64,000 bases of DNA, from the NCBI GenBank assembly GCA_965287045.1, contig OZ336885.1:66030001-66094000 (forward strand). The letters are read 5' to 3'. Position 1 is the first letter of the stretch. The number at the start of each line of letters is the position of its first letter. Both the position numbers and the translations under genes were made by a program. The notes below the pieces were generated by a model, which was not told the origin of the DNA, did no database searches, and worked only from the letters and a program-made list of their open reading frames with translations. Below, piece after piece: positions 1-13,340 of the stretch. The DNA comes from Carcharhinus amblyrhynchos. Taxonomy: Eukaryota.

Positions 1-246
1 TGCGTAGAAAGAGAGTATTTTGAGCCTCCCGCTCCTCCTTGTCTATGAGGCGATTCTGCACTCGCCTACTAGCACAGCTCGTATTTTACGTAACCTACGG
101 GTACATCTATTGACGGTTGTCCATAGCGATCATTGCAGGTCTAAATATCGTGTCCCGTTATTAAACCTCTCACGTCCTGCAATGTTTTATTTCAATATAA
201 TGTTTCAAGTATCTGTGACGAATCTTTCTACTTTTCTTTGCCACAA

Positions 247-273
247 AATAATTGCGGAGAAATCTTCTCCAGG
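247..273 (+). pseudogene. Probable dead 27-nt micro-exon (E*LRRNLLQ)
   Basis: ttttctttgccacaa|AATAATTGCGGAGAAATCTTCTCCAGG|gtaatt. Tract, length and donor fit, but the acceptor is AA and there is an in-frame TAA. Confidence 0.35.
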
Positions 274-1469
274 GTAATTTATTTCAGTCATTTTTTTTTC
301 CCCTCAGTGTTTAGGAAAGAATTTGCGATATAATATCCCGACAGGGACGATACGCATAGTGAAGAGGATCTTTCCCACAGTATAATTTCAACGCAAGGCA
401 TTGTCATTTTTCATCTGGAAAAGTTATAAAATGAATAAAGAGTAATATATTCACTCTATAATAATTCAAGAGGCGATGTAGATTGAGAAATTGACCTCAA
501 ATTGTAAAAAGAAACATCAACTTAATATTACAAAGAACAACAAATGTGCGCAAAAGTGCAAGAGTTCTCAGGATATATCTTTGAATAGGGTGTGGAACGT
601 GTCGAAATATCTAATACATTTATGTTCGGTGGGCCACCTAAGACTGATACAGGAACATAATTCCTCACTTCACAGCGAACAGAATAGCAGGTGAAATAAA
701 TTGTTCATTCAGTGAAAGTCTGTGTACTCCAAGGGATCATTATCAGCAGGATAATTTTACAAATCTTACATCAGCAGAAAATATAATTCCAAGGCTACAA
801 AAATAAACCCGCGCACTATGCAACGATGTGCATCAAGATAAACTAGTACGAGCTCCCTAAACGCACAAAAGCTCAAGACAAGGGAGGCACGACAAAGAAC
901 ATGTCGGAAGGTCACTTGGACACCGTTGCCGTCTCGTTGGCCGATTTAATTTGAAATGAGGCTTCATGCATCTTCTTTATTAAGGATATCGCAAGCGGGC
1001 AATGCAAGTCTGACATTTCCACGAGGCAATGCTCTCTTGGTGTATCAAGTGATTCATATTTCAAATATAACAAACATATTGTTAATGTTTCGTTCATTCA
1101 AACATTTCCAGGGGCATATAGTGGCAATACAACGGCCAATAATTGCCATCAAATCTCCCTGCATTCGTTGGATTCTAAGGCAAAAACATCTGGTGTTCGA
1201 ATTATTTTACACATCAGACCATTTTTTTTTCTTTCCACGTATGAAGATTCGAACTTTCTTCGAACTAACATTCCATGTCGGTTGACATGGACATGTCAGA
1301 TTTTTTTTTTAAATCTGCTTTCTGTATCGACAAAGCAGAATATTCGAATAAGCAATCACTGTGTTCTCTCTAGCATATGACAGTTGGTTCACTAAAAGCT
1401 AGTTATGAAAATATCGAAACTCGATCACCAATCTCTGTAGGGTCAGGCCCTCATGATGAGCGAAAACTT

Positions 1470-1880
1470 TTTTTTATTTATCCATGAGTATTCGACGGAT
1501 TGGCTAGCAATTAATCGTCACCCCGACTTATCCTTACGAGTATGGTGACGAAATGACTCCTTTCAGTCCTGTAGTCTACAGGTTCAGGTACAACAATGTC
1601 GTTCTTTTGAAAAACATGTCAAATCTTAACCCAACAACAGTCATGTTTTTAGATCAGAATGTTGAATGTTTTGCAGGTGGAAGAAAAAATAAGAGTTTGC
1701 ATTCCCATGTATCTGCTGACCTTGTTATTTTCGATAGTTGTTGCCATCTGTTTGGAAGGATTTGCCTCAGTACCTATGTTGACGGTTTTCTTTGGATATT
1801 GTTAAATGGTGATGCTTCAGCTTTTTTCCTCTTTGGTGACAATGAAAGTGAATGCTTGATGTTGGACGGCTAAACTAGCA
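1470..1880 (-). mobile_element. Highly decayed LINE 3' region (same family as 34220-35620)
   Basis: Weak similarity to the 3' part of the element at 34240-34600. Confidence 0.35.
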
Positions 1881-2270
1881 AGTAACTTCAAACTTCAGGA
1901 ACGTAGACTGCAGATTAACAACATTGCATCACTTGAGTGCTGACCCTTGTGTATTCAACGTTTTACCACACTTTTCTTGGCATATGCACTTTTCTCTGAT
2001 TGGGACCTATCCTTTGGTATAAACCGCTGAGTATCTCACCATTTCCACAAAGTCCTTACAGCATTGCACGCACCCTATTTTCTTGGCGTTCAATTACTTC
2101 ATTATCATTAATTACTTCATTATTGTTTCCCCGTGCTTGATATTTCCAGCACGTGTTTCTTTTCCATACCCCATAGTTGTCGTTTGTATCCACATTCTAT
2201 GTTATAAAAGTTACTCGTTAGCTCGTGGTCAAATGAAGATGAAGGTGTTTCCGTCATTATATTTCTTTAG

Positions 2271-2297
2271 ATGCAAAAGTCGAAGACGCAGTTTCGG
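2271..2297 (+). CDS. Candidate 27-nt phase-1 micro-exon (xDAKVEDAVS)
   Basis: atttctttag|ATGCAAAAGTCGAAGACGCAGTTTCGG|gtaaat. Pyrimidine tract + AG, GT donor, 27 nt, open in phase 1, ends in G like the other members. Confidence 0.65.
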
Positions 2298-2436
2298 GTA
2301 AATAAAATGTCCAATGCATTATATTGACACGTTTCTTTTCGTTTTTTTTGCAATCTCACGACCATAAAATATTAAAATAATTCAACACAGAAACTGAACA
2401 TTTCGTTTATCCCAACTATTTTAAACAAAATGAGAT

Positions 2437-2502
2437 TTTATATATATGTATATGCGTGTGTGTGTGTGTGTGCGCGCGCGCGTGTGTGTGCCTGTGTGCG
2501 TG
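2437..2502. repeat. Compound (TA)n(TG)n(CG)n microsatellite
   Basis: Seen directly in the sequence. Confidence 0.9.
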
Positions 2503-4142
2503 CATTTGCGTTTGTGTCGTTGTGCAATGATCTGGAGTTTACAACATTAGAATATTCCAGAATGCACCGATAACGTTATGGTGTACCGATTGAAAAATAA
2601 CACAGAGGTGATGTTTTTAATGTTATGGAAAAGTGTAAGCTTGACTCTATTTCAATATTTATTTCAAGAACTGTTCTCGTCAGAAATATCTGAATAGACA
2701 AATCAGGTTCTCTCCTTGACTATGAGTCTTTGACAGACCACGAGTTCCGACGTTTACCTCTCCATATGCATTGATTTACTAGATTTGTTTATACAGTCAT
2801 ATTGTGTGTGGCTATGCATGATTTCCATTCAAATGTGCTGCTGGCTGAAGGACTTATGGATGTTTGCATCTGAGGGCATCACTGCTGACCTAAAGCTAGA
2901 GAGTCCACATAAGGAAAACAGAATTTCTTCGGAAAGGGAAAATGGTGATCTTTATTTTTTGTTCATTGTTGTTTTAGAAAGCTGAACAATGGCTTGATAT
3001 TCCGAAGTATACCTGTAACCGAATTCGAATCTGAAAAACTTTTTGGACGTCAGAACGTCTCCCCTGAGTTTTATTTGAGCAATTTATAATTCGTTTTGAT
3101 TGTCGCTCACAAGAAAACAAATATTTCACATTTCACTCATCAGAAAAAACAAAGTAAAATAGGTTGTAAGGTTATCGGATCTCTAAAACTTTTCATAACA
3201 GAGTGGTGTTGAGGCAAACATCAACCTGTACTGAAGGAACGTGGAAAATGCTCAGTCTATCATATTTTATTCTGAATCGTTAAGGCATTTAAACAAATTG
3301 CAGCCACAATTGTAGGCAGCAGTTTCACGCTGAGGCAAATAACTAGTAGCATGTATTGTTTTGCTAAAAACAGAATACTGCCATCCAACCGAACATGCTT
3401 TCTGCGCATCGTGTAAACGGGTTACATGATATCTGAGGTTCTATGACTGAAATGTGAGCAATGTTTTCTATATGTACAGCAGACTTACAAATCCTTTCAA
3501 AGCAAAGTTCACGTCTGATGTCGAAAGCAGACAAAGAATTGGTTGGCCGAAACGAGCCCGATTTTACAAAACGGAGAACAAAGAGCACAGCATTAGAACC
3601 GATTCTGCGATTGAAAAAATGTTTAGACAATAATCAGGGTCAAAATGCCTGACACGAATTTGAGCAAAGCTTGGTTACGTGTCATTTCTCTGTTTGCTGA
3701 TGCATTCTCGATGTCTCCAACAATCAGAGGACACTTGCAGAGTGCAGAGTGCTTTCGCTTCCCATGAATGGTGCAGTTAGACTCTAATCATATGTGTTCT
3801 TCTTGCAAATATCTTCTTGAATGTAAGATAAAATTATTCCTAATATGCCTTTGCCCAGCGATTGCTGTGTCATGTTTTCTCTCTGCCGAAACTCAAGTGA
3901 TATAAACGGCTTTCAACTGTTGATATCAGGCTTAATCTTATGTTCCAGGGAAAAAAAAATCCATGTTTGCCTGAGTTTGCCTAAAAATACAATTCATTCC
4001 AAAAAGTATTGTTACTAAAATGTGCACAAAAGTGAAACTGATGAAAGACCAACGATCACAATGTGCACGAACAACTACGGTTATGCAAGAGATTCAATGG
4101 ATATCGTTTTAACTATTTTTGCTATCTTTAAACTTATTTTAG

Positions 4143-4169
4143 ATCCCAGCAAAATTATTGAAGAAATGG
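4143..4169 (+). CDS. Candidate 27-nt phase-1 micro-exon (DPSKIIEEM)
   Basis: cttattttag|ATCCCAGCAAAATTATTGAAGAAATGG|gtaagc. Strong donor, open frame. Confidence 0.72.
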
Positions 4170-5265
4170 GTAAGCATAATATGTTTTAAAGTACCTTGTG
4201 ATCAATTTTCTCACAGCAGAAACATGAAAGCATTTATAAGAGAATAACAAGAGACAAGAGCATATAACTATTTGAGAACAATTTTCTCTTTGACTTTTTC
4301 AACATGGTGCTTGCAAAGCCTGAACAGAATACGGACTGCAGAAAAGAGAAATTTGCAGGGATTAACCTGAAAGGAGCGCGGCTTTTACGCAAGTGTTTCA
4401 ATGTTCTACATCCAGTCACTGGCCGACTGAATTTGTACAGTAGAATATCTGAATATTAAGTTAAATGCCAAAATAAACCCTCCCCTATTCTTTCAACCTG
4501 AAAGACCAAGACATTGCTATTTATTTTCTGGGTGGTTTCCTCTTATTATGAAATTTCGAGAAATTTTGGGGAAATTATTCGGACCTTCACTGTTTCAGTA
4601 GTTCCGTTGAGTAATGTGAACATGTGCAACCTTAACCCATCTTCAGAAATACTGGTACATCATTAAAATTGATTTGAGTTGGATCTTGTTCACTCAGAAT
4701 GTGATGAGAAGTTGGAATATACGATCAAGTGTTGCACTGGAATCCAGAATCACTGGATGATAATTCCCTTAGGGAGTATATGATTTAAAATTGGGCATGA
4801 GTTTGATGAACTGACATGATAAAGTGAAAAGTGGCAAAACTTCCGATATGTGTGGCGAATTGCAAGGTGGACAATTGGTTTATTTTCATGCATTTCTGTG
4901 AATTATGCTGTCTGATCCATTACTAGCAAGGGGTGAGTATTTACTTCTAACACTGAGAATAGATGGGCGAACGCTGGGCAAGACAAATTAATGCAGGGTT
5001 TTAGAGGAAATTGGTGGAAATGACTTTGTGAAAGACTCTAGTCTTCAGCAGATAGTGGGCCAATTTATTTTCAGATGTTCAGAACATAGAAATCAAATCC
5101 AATAGACTGTAGGTACAATTTGTAAGCCGACGCACACCGTTGAATGCCTGTGAAATATAGTTTATCTCAGCTCCAGTTTGTTTTGATTATTCTATTTCGC
5201 CAAAGAAGTAGAAGTTATAATGAAAATGCTATAGCTCTGGATTAATGGACATTTAATTGAATGGA

Positions 5266-5597
5266 ACATAAATAGATACCCTAGAATGCAGAAAGAGGCC
5301 ATTTGGCCCATTGAGTCTGCACCAACCACAATTCCACCCAGGCCCTACCCCATATCTACCTACTAATCCCTCTAAACTACACATCTCAGAACACTAAAGG
5401 TCTTTTTTTTAAGCATAGCCAATCAACTTAACTCACACATCCTTGGACTGTGGAAGCAAACCGGAGCACCAGGAAGAAACCCACACAGCCATGAGGAGAA
5501 CGTGCAAATTCCACACAGACAGTGAACCAGACAGGGAATCAAAACCAGTTGCCTGGAGCTCTGAAGCAACAGTGCTGATGCCTGTGCGACCGTGCCG
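5266..5597 (-). mobile_element. HE1-like tRNA-derived SINE
   Basis: The reverse complement gives ggcacggtcgcacag...gtgtggaatttgcacgttctcc...gggtttcttcctggtgctccggtttgcttccacagtccaaggatgtg with a LINE-like 3' tail. Several paralogs occur in the window. Confidence 0.85.
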
Positions 5598-6529
5598 TCC
5601 ATGGCATGGGAGTCCCAGACTTCCCTTTTCCAAACCGACTCATTTAGTTTGTGGGGTCGCAGATGATTTTCCCCATTTCCCAATAACGAAGAATAGATGT
5701 ATTGTTTTGCATAAAATTATCTGTTTCTGATATTAATTGAGCTAAATGCAAGTGTGTAAGAGACTTCAATATCTCAATCAGGAAAAAAAGGCCATCTTTT
5801 GGATTCAAAAACTCAGATGTAACAGTTTGTCTCATGTCATATTACTTAGAAGAGCAAGGCAACTGCATCACGTTCTTCAGGTCGAAAAAGTCATGCCCCA
5901 CAGAAATAGCCAAAAAATAAAATTATGATGTTGGTTTATTATTGAACGGATCATTGTCATCCTCATCTATTGACTGTTCCTAATGCTAATGACGTGAACA
6001 AAAAAAAACACATAAGCTGTCCTTAAGTTCCCCGTTGTGGCATAGCTTGTTAAACAGCATTTTCGTCCTTGTAGAACTGTAAGGCCACCAGCCACTAATT
6101 TGCGTAGCGTGGTAGTGAGGATTGGGGCGGGGTGGGGGGGTGGTGGTGGTGGTAGTGGTAGGGGTGGGGGAAGGGAGGGGTATGGGTATTGCAAAGTTGT
6201 AGAAAGCATATGCCAGTAGGGATATTAGGGCTCTAATACTCCCTACTGGCATATGCTTCCTACAACTTTTTTTTTGCTGTTGTCAAACAAATAATTATAT
6301 GCAATATTTGTAACAGAAACACAACATTTCAATGGACACGTTGAGAACGACGTGTAGAAAAATATTTCCATCAGTAACAACAAGAATTGCTTATATCCTC
6401 ATGATATTAGCTGGAAAGCCAACTGACGCATTCAATTGAGCATTTCATATGTAACGAAATGTCCGATTTGCTAAGTAGTGAAGGTCATTCTCGTTATCTT
6501 GCTTCGTGCGCATTACATAAAAATTGTTC

Positions 6530-7075
6530 AAACATCAAATTGTGGAGGTTTACAGAAGGGACACAAGCCCTTCGGCCCAATTTGTTCATGCTGCTCCTTC
6601 CTTTAACTTCTAAGCTAGTGTCAATTGCCCGTATTTGGCCCACATCCGTATGCACCCATCATGTCCATGTAACTATCTAACTGTTTTTTTAAAGTGAAAA
6701 TTGTACCCGCCAACTCTTCTAATTTCGAATTTCGGCAGCTTGTTCCAGACACTCACCACAGTCTATGTGAAAAAAAAACCGCCACTCTGGATCCTTTTGT
6801 ATCTCTCCCATCTCACCTTAAACCTATACCCTCTAATTTTAAACTCCCCTACCGTTTGGAAACTATATTGACTAATTTGCTGATCTGTGTCCCCTAATTC
6901 TATTGACTGCGATACAATCATCACAAAGCATTCTGAGCCCTAGAGAAAAAGTCCAGCTCTATTCAAACTCTCAAAACTCGATCCATCAAGTCCCGATAGC
7001 ATCCTAGCAAATCTTTTCTGTAGGCTTTCCAGTTCAATAATATCAATTCGATATTAGGGTGACCAGAACTGTATA
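6530..7075 (-). mobile_element. Decayed CR1-clade LINE 3' fragment
   Basis: Similar to the reverse complement of the 3' end of the CR1 at 47700-48200 (gcccttcggccc...actcaccac...gaccagaactg). Confidence 0.6.
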
Positions 7076-7611
7076 TCTTTAGAGTGTCAATCCGGCTCAT
7101 ATTATTGCTGTTTCTTCCAACTGGAAATGCAGTCCACTGAAAATCTCAAATGCATCCACCCGAAGGAAGTTAATTTTAAATCTTGCAGCACAACAAATTA
7201 TTCTGTCTGGAGTCAAGGCTGAAAAGAAACACTAACTGAATACCTGGCATGGGAAATCGATTCCGACAGTAGACATCAACATTAAGTATTATTAACTACT
7301 CATGATTTGGTCCGGGCTCGAGCAAGTATAGTTTCATGATAGGCACATTCAAGGTGTTTAACGACGGAAGTGCATTATATGATGTCAACCTGTCTTCGAA
7401 CTGCCGATCGTGTATTTTTCTTTGCTCTTCGCTGTGCATCAGTAAAGTCAAACACAAATGTTAGCAGACGTGTATTGGAATTAGGTACAAACGAATGTGT
7501 TCTAAATATGGAAATTGATCTTGCAGGCATCCTGTAGATAATACATTTCACTGTTATTTTTGTTTTGATATTGTTGATTCCTTTCTTCTGAGTTTTCTTC
7601 GCCTTATCAGC

Positions 7612-7712
7612 GTCTTCTTCTTCCTCGTCTTCTTCTTCTCCTTCTTCTTCTTCTTCTTCTTCTTCTTCTTCTTCTTCTTCTTCTTCTTCTTCTTCTTCTT
7701 CTTCTTCTTCTC
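7612..7712. repeat. (CTT)n microsatellite
   Basis: Long perfect ttc run. It explains the poly-K ORF at 7554-7742. Confidence 0.95.
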
Positions 7713-7942
7713 CCTTCTATCTTTTTCTTCTTTTGTTAACAATCAAGTTTGTTATACCTTACCTGATCTGTACTAATAATGTAGTTTGTTCCTTCGTTGC
7801 AATTGCACGTTGGTATAAGATTTATTTGATTGAAATAACTATCAGCAATCGTATTCAAGTCGTGAAAAAGAACTGTTATGCAAAAAAAAAGCAACGCTGC
7901 ATGGATATGACCAATGTTAATAACCTTTATATCTATCCGCAG

Positions 7943-7969
7943 TGAAATCTCTCGTTGAAAATGATAAAG
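7943..7969 (+). CDS. Candidate 27-nt phase-1 micro-exon (VKSLVENDK)
   Basis: ctatccgcag|TGAAATCTCTCGTTGAAAATGATAAAG|gtaatt. Open frame. Confidence 0.65.
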
Positions 7970-8056
7970 GTAATTCACACTTACGCACAAAATTCATGGA
8001 TCTCTATTAAATATAAGGTTAACAACATACTCTTGAACATAATTTAGATTGCGAAC

Positions 8057-8388
8057 CATAGAACACTACAGTGCAGAAAGAGGCCATTCGTCCCATCAAG
8101 TCTGCACCCAACACAAACAATAGGGCCCACCCAGGCCCTAGCATCATGTCCCTACATATTATACCCACTAATCCCCCTAATCTACACATCCTTGGACACT
8201 AAGGAACAATTTCTTAGCAAGGGCAATCAAGCCAAACTGCACATCTTTGCACTGTGGGAGGAAACTGGAGTACCCAGAGGAAACCCACGCAGACACGAGG
8301 AGAATGTGCAAACTCCACCCAGACAGTAACCCGAGCCGGAAATCAAACCCAGGACCCAGGAGCTGTGAAGCAGCAGTGCCACCGTGCC
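8057..8388 (-). mobile_element. HE1-like tRNA-derived SINE
   Basis: Minus strand has a ggcacggtggcac head, a B-box-like gggtttgatttcc, the conserved core and a catagaac tail. Confidence 0.88.
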
Positions 8389-9843
8389 AACCACAAATAT
8401 TGGTGATGAAGGCACAATTTCCATAACTTGGGTCATTAGCAGGTAAGCAAAGTGTGAAGTGTTTTTTCAGGGCATTACGTATTTTATTGGTGTATGTTAT
8501 CAGGGCTTACATTTTCCAGGAAAATATACTGCTCGATGGATGCGATTTATTTGCATGTCAGTCAATGCCATTCAGTTAAGTATATGACTGTAATTCGGTA
8601 GAAGAATAATACATTAATTATGATGTGTTCTCAGAAGCATGCCCCTGAACTTTTTTGTCGTTGCGTATACTCACAAATGTGCAATTGCTGAACTTATGTG
8701 CATGACTAATGACGGAAATTGTGTTGATGAAATATAAACGCAAGAATAAATATGAAATCACTAAAATCAATGAGATAATTTCAGTGTTGGCCCAAAAGGC
8801 CGACAATATTCTATTAATCGATGTACAAAACTATAACATGCTGATTCTATTCCACCATTGCATAAATGCTATTTTATGTATTTACGTGAAATGTCAATAT
8901 AGCAATACCATTTGAAATAGAAATAAGACAACCAAAAATAATAAGATATGCAATTTAGATTTTAGTGAGTTTTGATTTTTCATTAGTTCTATGCAAAATG
9001 TAGAATGCATTATAGAAGCAGCAAGGGAATGATTTGAATTGAACCACTGATTTGTGAGTTCAAATTAGGCGGAGAAACTCCAATATTTGTGTTTGTATCT
9101 TAAAAAAAACAAGTTGCGAATTAACAGAGCTGCGCAGCACCAATCATGTTTGGCTGCATAAACAGATGTTTATTCATTCCATTCGGAGAATAATATTTAG
9201 CAAATGCATAATGATATTAACTTCAAAACTAATAGGAGGAAGGCAGTTACTTAATATTAATCTCGCATTTATCGTGTTCCAGCATATATTGACTGGGAGA
9301 TTTTTGATGACACTTATAGATTCATTCAAAAAATGTTTGGCAGGTATTTGAAAATAAAATGGAGAGTCATGCTTTAAATCATGAATATGTTTGGCAACCC
9401 TCTCAAAACAAATTGCAGAACCAGGGTCAACAAATGTATATGTTGCTGTGTCCACACTGATTCGATGATTAAGTAACAGATAAATTGTATAAAGTATCAC
9501 ATTTAAAGAACAGTAAAGTCATTTGGTAACCATGCGTCAAAGGCCCGACAGTCTCCTCCAAAGTCGTGTTTCCACTAAGTTTCGAAAACAGTGTTGTGAA
9601 AATATTTTAATTAATGCACTGAGGGAGATATTTTTCCTTGCTGGGAAATTGCAAAACATCGCGTTAGCTGAACATTACGTATTTTTGATGCTATTGCAAA
9701 TGCACGCAACCGGGTGGTGTTGTATTGGAATGCGAATTACAATCCGTTTGTTTTGACAGCGACGAACTGTACCAATTGCTCAATTGTTTAAATGGAATAC
9801 ATTTTCACGATCTGATACTTGTACGCATGAAATTTCATTTCAG

Positions 9844-9879
9844 AAATTGGCAGTCTGAAAGCAGACCTGAAATATGCGG
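9844..9879 (+). CDS. Candidate 36-nt phase-1 micro-exon (EIGSLKADLKYA)
   Basis: ttcatttcag|AAATTGGCAGTCTGAAAGCAGACCTGAAATATGCGG|gtaaaa. Peptide resembles the exon at 60436. Confidence 0.7.
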
Positions 9880-10623
9880 GTAAAATAAATCATTGAGCGA
9901 GATGATGTTTTCGTCATGCTTAACACATTATTTAATATATTTCAAGTTGAAGTGACTCAGGTTGTGATGGTGAAAGTCTCCTTTGGAGCATAGTATTTAA
10001 TGACTAATCTGCCACTTTTTTTATTATTTAAGTGATGATTCATCCTGTTGAGTTTGATAAGAATATCAATCGCACGAGTTGCATTTCAAACGAGGTGTGC
10101 CTGTCCATTTCAGTAAAACTGAGATATATTTCCCCAATGCATACTCTGAACCTACAACAGCCGGGTATAAAAGCTGCATTACCAAAATTTTGGCGGAACA
10201 TATCAGATCAATGGTTTGTCTTCAGAAAACATTCTTTTCATTCACTCAATACAATGGATAATCATTATTTCATATTTCAATTCCTGGATTTCCGACCCTC
10301 ACTTTAACCTCTTTAGTAAATGACTGCTGCACCCTTCGTAATTGCTATGCCAGTAATCACACTTCGCACCAAGCTCAAAGAAAAGTGCAAGCATGGATGC
10401 AATGTGTTTTTGGAGCATTGTCCCAAAATAATATGGACGAATCTTGCCAAGCCATATACTTCCAATGCATGACCGAGTTTTGAAAAAGAGGAGCACTATG
10501 TTGAAAGTTTGATAACAACACGGATGAATGATTGGCATGGGTGAATGTTTCTGATTTATTCTGTCAATCTGTTTCGTTAAGAGTTATAGGAAAAGTGCAG
10601 GTCGGCTTTGTTCCTCTGGAATA

Positions 10624-10735
10624 GATGTGGAGTTGTCAGCCTTGAACTGGGATGGGTACAGTAAGAGCTCTCAGGACACTAGTTTAAAGTCCAGTAGATT
10701 TGTTTACAATCACAGCATTTGGAGTGACCTCTCCA
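10624..10735 (-). mobile_element. Decayed Penelope-like element 3' end
   Basis: gatgtggagttgtcagccttgaactgggatgggtacagtaagag resembles the reverse complement of 20895-20973. Confidence 0.55.
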
Positions 10736-11099
10736 ACTAAAAATATGTTCCCTGCATTTTTTTTATTTGTCCACAAGGCTCTGCAATGGACGCCGTGTAC
10801 TCTCCATTTATTTCCAACTGTGAACAGCAGATACAATTTTAATACTGGTAAACATTATTTCCCCCTTGGTGAAAACTTCATCTATGACTGTTAACAGCAA
10901 AACGCTGAATATTCATAAAATCAATAACAAAGTCATAATTTCCCCTTTGCCTCTCCCTCTGGCAAAATATCCCCTACATGAAATTGTTTTACTTAAGTTT
11001 GTTTACTCATGCCACAACTCGACTTACATTTACACAACAATGACGTTTCTGTTAAAGTCCACTGGCCGCCGCACTGTGGCGCCTGTTCGGCTACACCGA

Positions 11100-11292
11100 G
11101 GGAGAATTTAGCATGGCCATTTCAGCTAACAAGCCGGACTTTCTGTGGGAGGAGACCCGAAAATGTGCAGGAAACTTACGCAAACATGGGGAGAATGTGC
11201 AAACTCTGCACTGGCAGTGATCCAAGCCAGGAATCGAAACCGGGTACATGGCACTGTGAGACTATTGTGCTAATCACTGCGATCTCCTGCCA
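11100..11292 (-). mobile_element. Partial HE1-like SINE
   Basis: Core sequence gggagaatgtgcaaactctgcac...ggaatcgaaaccggg. Confidence 0.75.
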
Positions 11293-12098
11293 AAATGTCC
11301 CGTGAATTTGCAATAATTTCTGGTTGGTTGTATCTATTAATGCAATGTTTATCCTTTCATTCTAAAAAAAAACAAACGTTTACTCTGTTCGGAAATAGCT
11401 CTGTGGACGTTGTTTTTTAGTTAGCAACAACGTCTAACCACATTTAATGTTTTCTCCCGGACGCAATGAGAAATAGTGATGAATATTTTCAATTGTACTC
11501 TAATTTATAATTTAAAGTTTCTACGTATGTTGCTGTCAGCTGATGTCAGGCCATGGCAAAAGTGCTTAACATTGACACAATGTTTGTAAACGTGTATCTT
11601 ATATACATTTGTTTTCGTCATAAATCAAACATTGATTGTTAACGTTATTTGTAAGTAAGCAAAGGAAACTGTTCGGAGGTCTGTTGTTTACTCGATTTTT
11701 TTCCAAGATTTCTCCTTGGAAAATGTGAAAATACAGTCCTTTACGAATATGACGACTTCTAGAAACATTTATTTATGTAAAACTGCCTATTTCCTGCACA
11801 TGAGGGAGACATGACTAAGGAGTGTGTTTACCTGGCGATGCAGAAGATTCATAGACTACCTTTTGTTTTGTAAATTAGAACTCACTTGCCCAATGCGGCA
11901 TGATGCAGCGTAAATGCGCAAGCGTTAAATATTACTTGACGCCAAATTGACGAAAGCACATTTTCAAGGTTAAAGAAAATAGAATGAACCGTGCCGTTGT
12001 GTGGGGACCTGTGTTCTTACGGAAACGGAAATTAGCTCAGGCTGCGTTCTGAAATAGCCATTCTCAACGGTATTGAAAACATCATTATTTTCCTTCAG

Positions 12099-12125
12099 AA
12101 GTAGAGTTACGTGCATGGAATGCAG
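12099..12125 (+). CDS. Candidate 27-nt phase-1 micro-exon (EVELRAWNA)
   Basis: tttccttcag|AAGTAGAGTTACGTGCATGGAATGCAG|gtaatc. Open frame. Confidence 0.68.
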
Positions 12126-13259
12126 GTAATCAAAAGCATTACATTAACGGAAAATTCGAAACGGAAGTTGTATGTATTATACATAATTACAATTTATGAA
12201 CAAACAAATTCAATACATTTATACTTTGCGGTTGACGTGCAAGCTTTTATAATCACGAGGCTCAATGTCCTTTGAAAATTGGAGACAATCCAAATTCATT
12301 CACGTTCCTCCAAACTTTACCTCTCCTGACAGCCATGCAGCTGCGTTTCTTAGCCTCGTAAACAAGGCAGATGTTCCCTCCCAGGACCTTCTGGGTGGAG
12401 AATATGAAAGTCTCAGACTACACGATTGCATACATTGCTCCTACTCCCTTTAATTAAAAGTGATAATTTATTTTGAAACGATTATGACTTCTTCAGATTC
12501 GATGCAATGAGAAAGATGAACCGAGGATTGAAGATGCCATACCAACGCATAAACTGATCCTGCTCAGTAAAATCACATTTTCCTTCCCTTAGATTATTGA
12601 CAATTACGAAAAACTGAACTCTGGCCACGACATATGTACCCGATGCAAACACATGTTGAGACCAAACAGCCTTAATCTCCACACCTTTCTTATTTTTTTC
12701 TTTCAAAAAGAATTGGAAAACTACGTGAAAGATGATGGTGCATATACAGATACAACCTGAGGTGTATAATATTAGAGTTGGACGTATATAACTTCATTGA
12801 GCTCTCATTCACTACTGTCTGCCAGAGGACTTGTAGAAAACCAACAAACCAATGTTTAAATCTACTTCCGATAGACTGATTCACATCCCAAAACATTAAC
12901 CGTATTTTTTCTATCAAGCCCAGCAATCAAACACACAGGAAACATAAGTGAGAAACAATGGCCATGCCTGATGGAAAAGTTACAGCAATATTCCGTCGAC
13001 TTCCTTTGAAAGTATCACTCATGATAACTTAGAGACAATATAGTAAGAATGATGATCATTCAAAAAGTGAACAAAAATTGAATCCATGTACCTTTTCGTT
13101 TTTTTTTTGTCACATATATTACGAATGAAAAAAAAACAAAGAAAACTACAGCACAGGAACAGGGTCTTCCGTCCTTCAAGCCTGCACCGACCTTCCTGCC
13201 CGACTGAACCGAAACCTCTTATCCTTCCAGGGGTCACATATTTATATTTTCATCCTGTT

Positions 13260-13340
13260 TTACAACACGAGGTTAAAGTAAGCTGGTTTATTTGGAATCG
13301 TGAATTTTCGGAGATTTCACTCCTTCATCGGGTGAAATTC
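13260..13340 (-). mobile_element. Decayed Penelope pLTR fragment with mutated hammerhead core
   Basis: Minus strand reads ttcacccgatgaaggagtgaaatctccgaaaattcacg, a degenerate version of the motif at 20845-20884. Confidence 0.5.

Noticed and set aside
676-690. 15-nt AG..GT segment (ANRIA)
   Set aside because: Weak donor (gtgaaa) and off-pattern length, so indistinguishable from chance.
1653-1676. 24-nt AG..GT segment (DQNVECFA)
   Set aside because: Poor donor (gtggaa) and it lies within a decayed LINE.
5520-5597. tRNA gene at SINE heads (also 8320-8388)
   Set aside because: The A/B-box-like motifs belong to tRNA-derived SINEs, and no intact cloverleaf is present.
7554-7742. Poly-lysine ORF
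   Set aside because: It is the translation of the (CTT)n microsatellite.
9320-9343. 24-nt AG..GT segment (DSFKKCLA)
   Set aside because: The frame is open, but the pyrimidine tract is weak and the length off-pattern. Kept only as a low-priority possibility.
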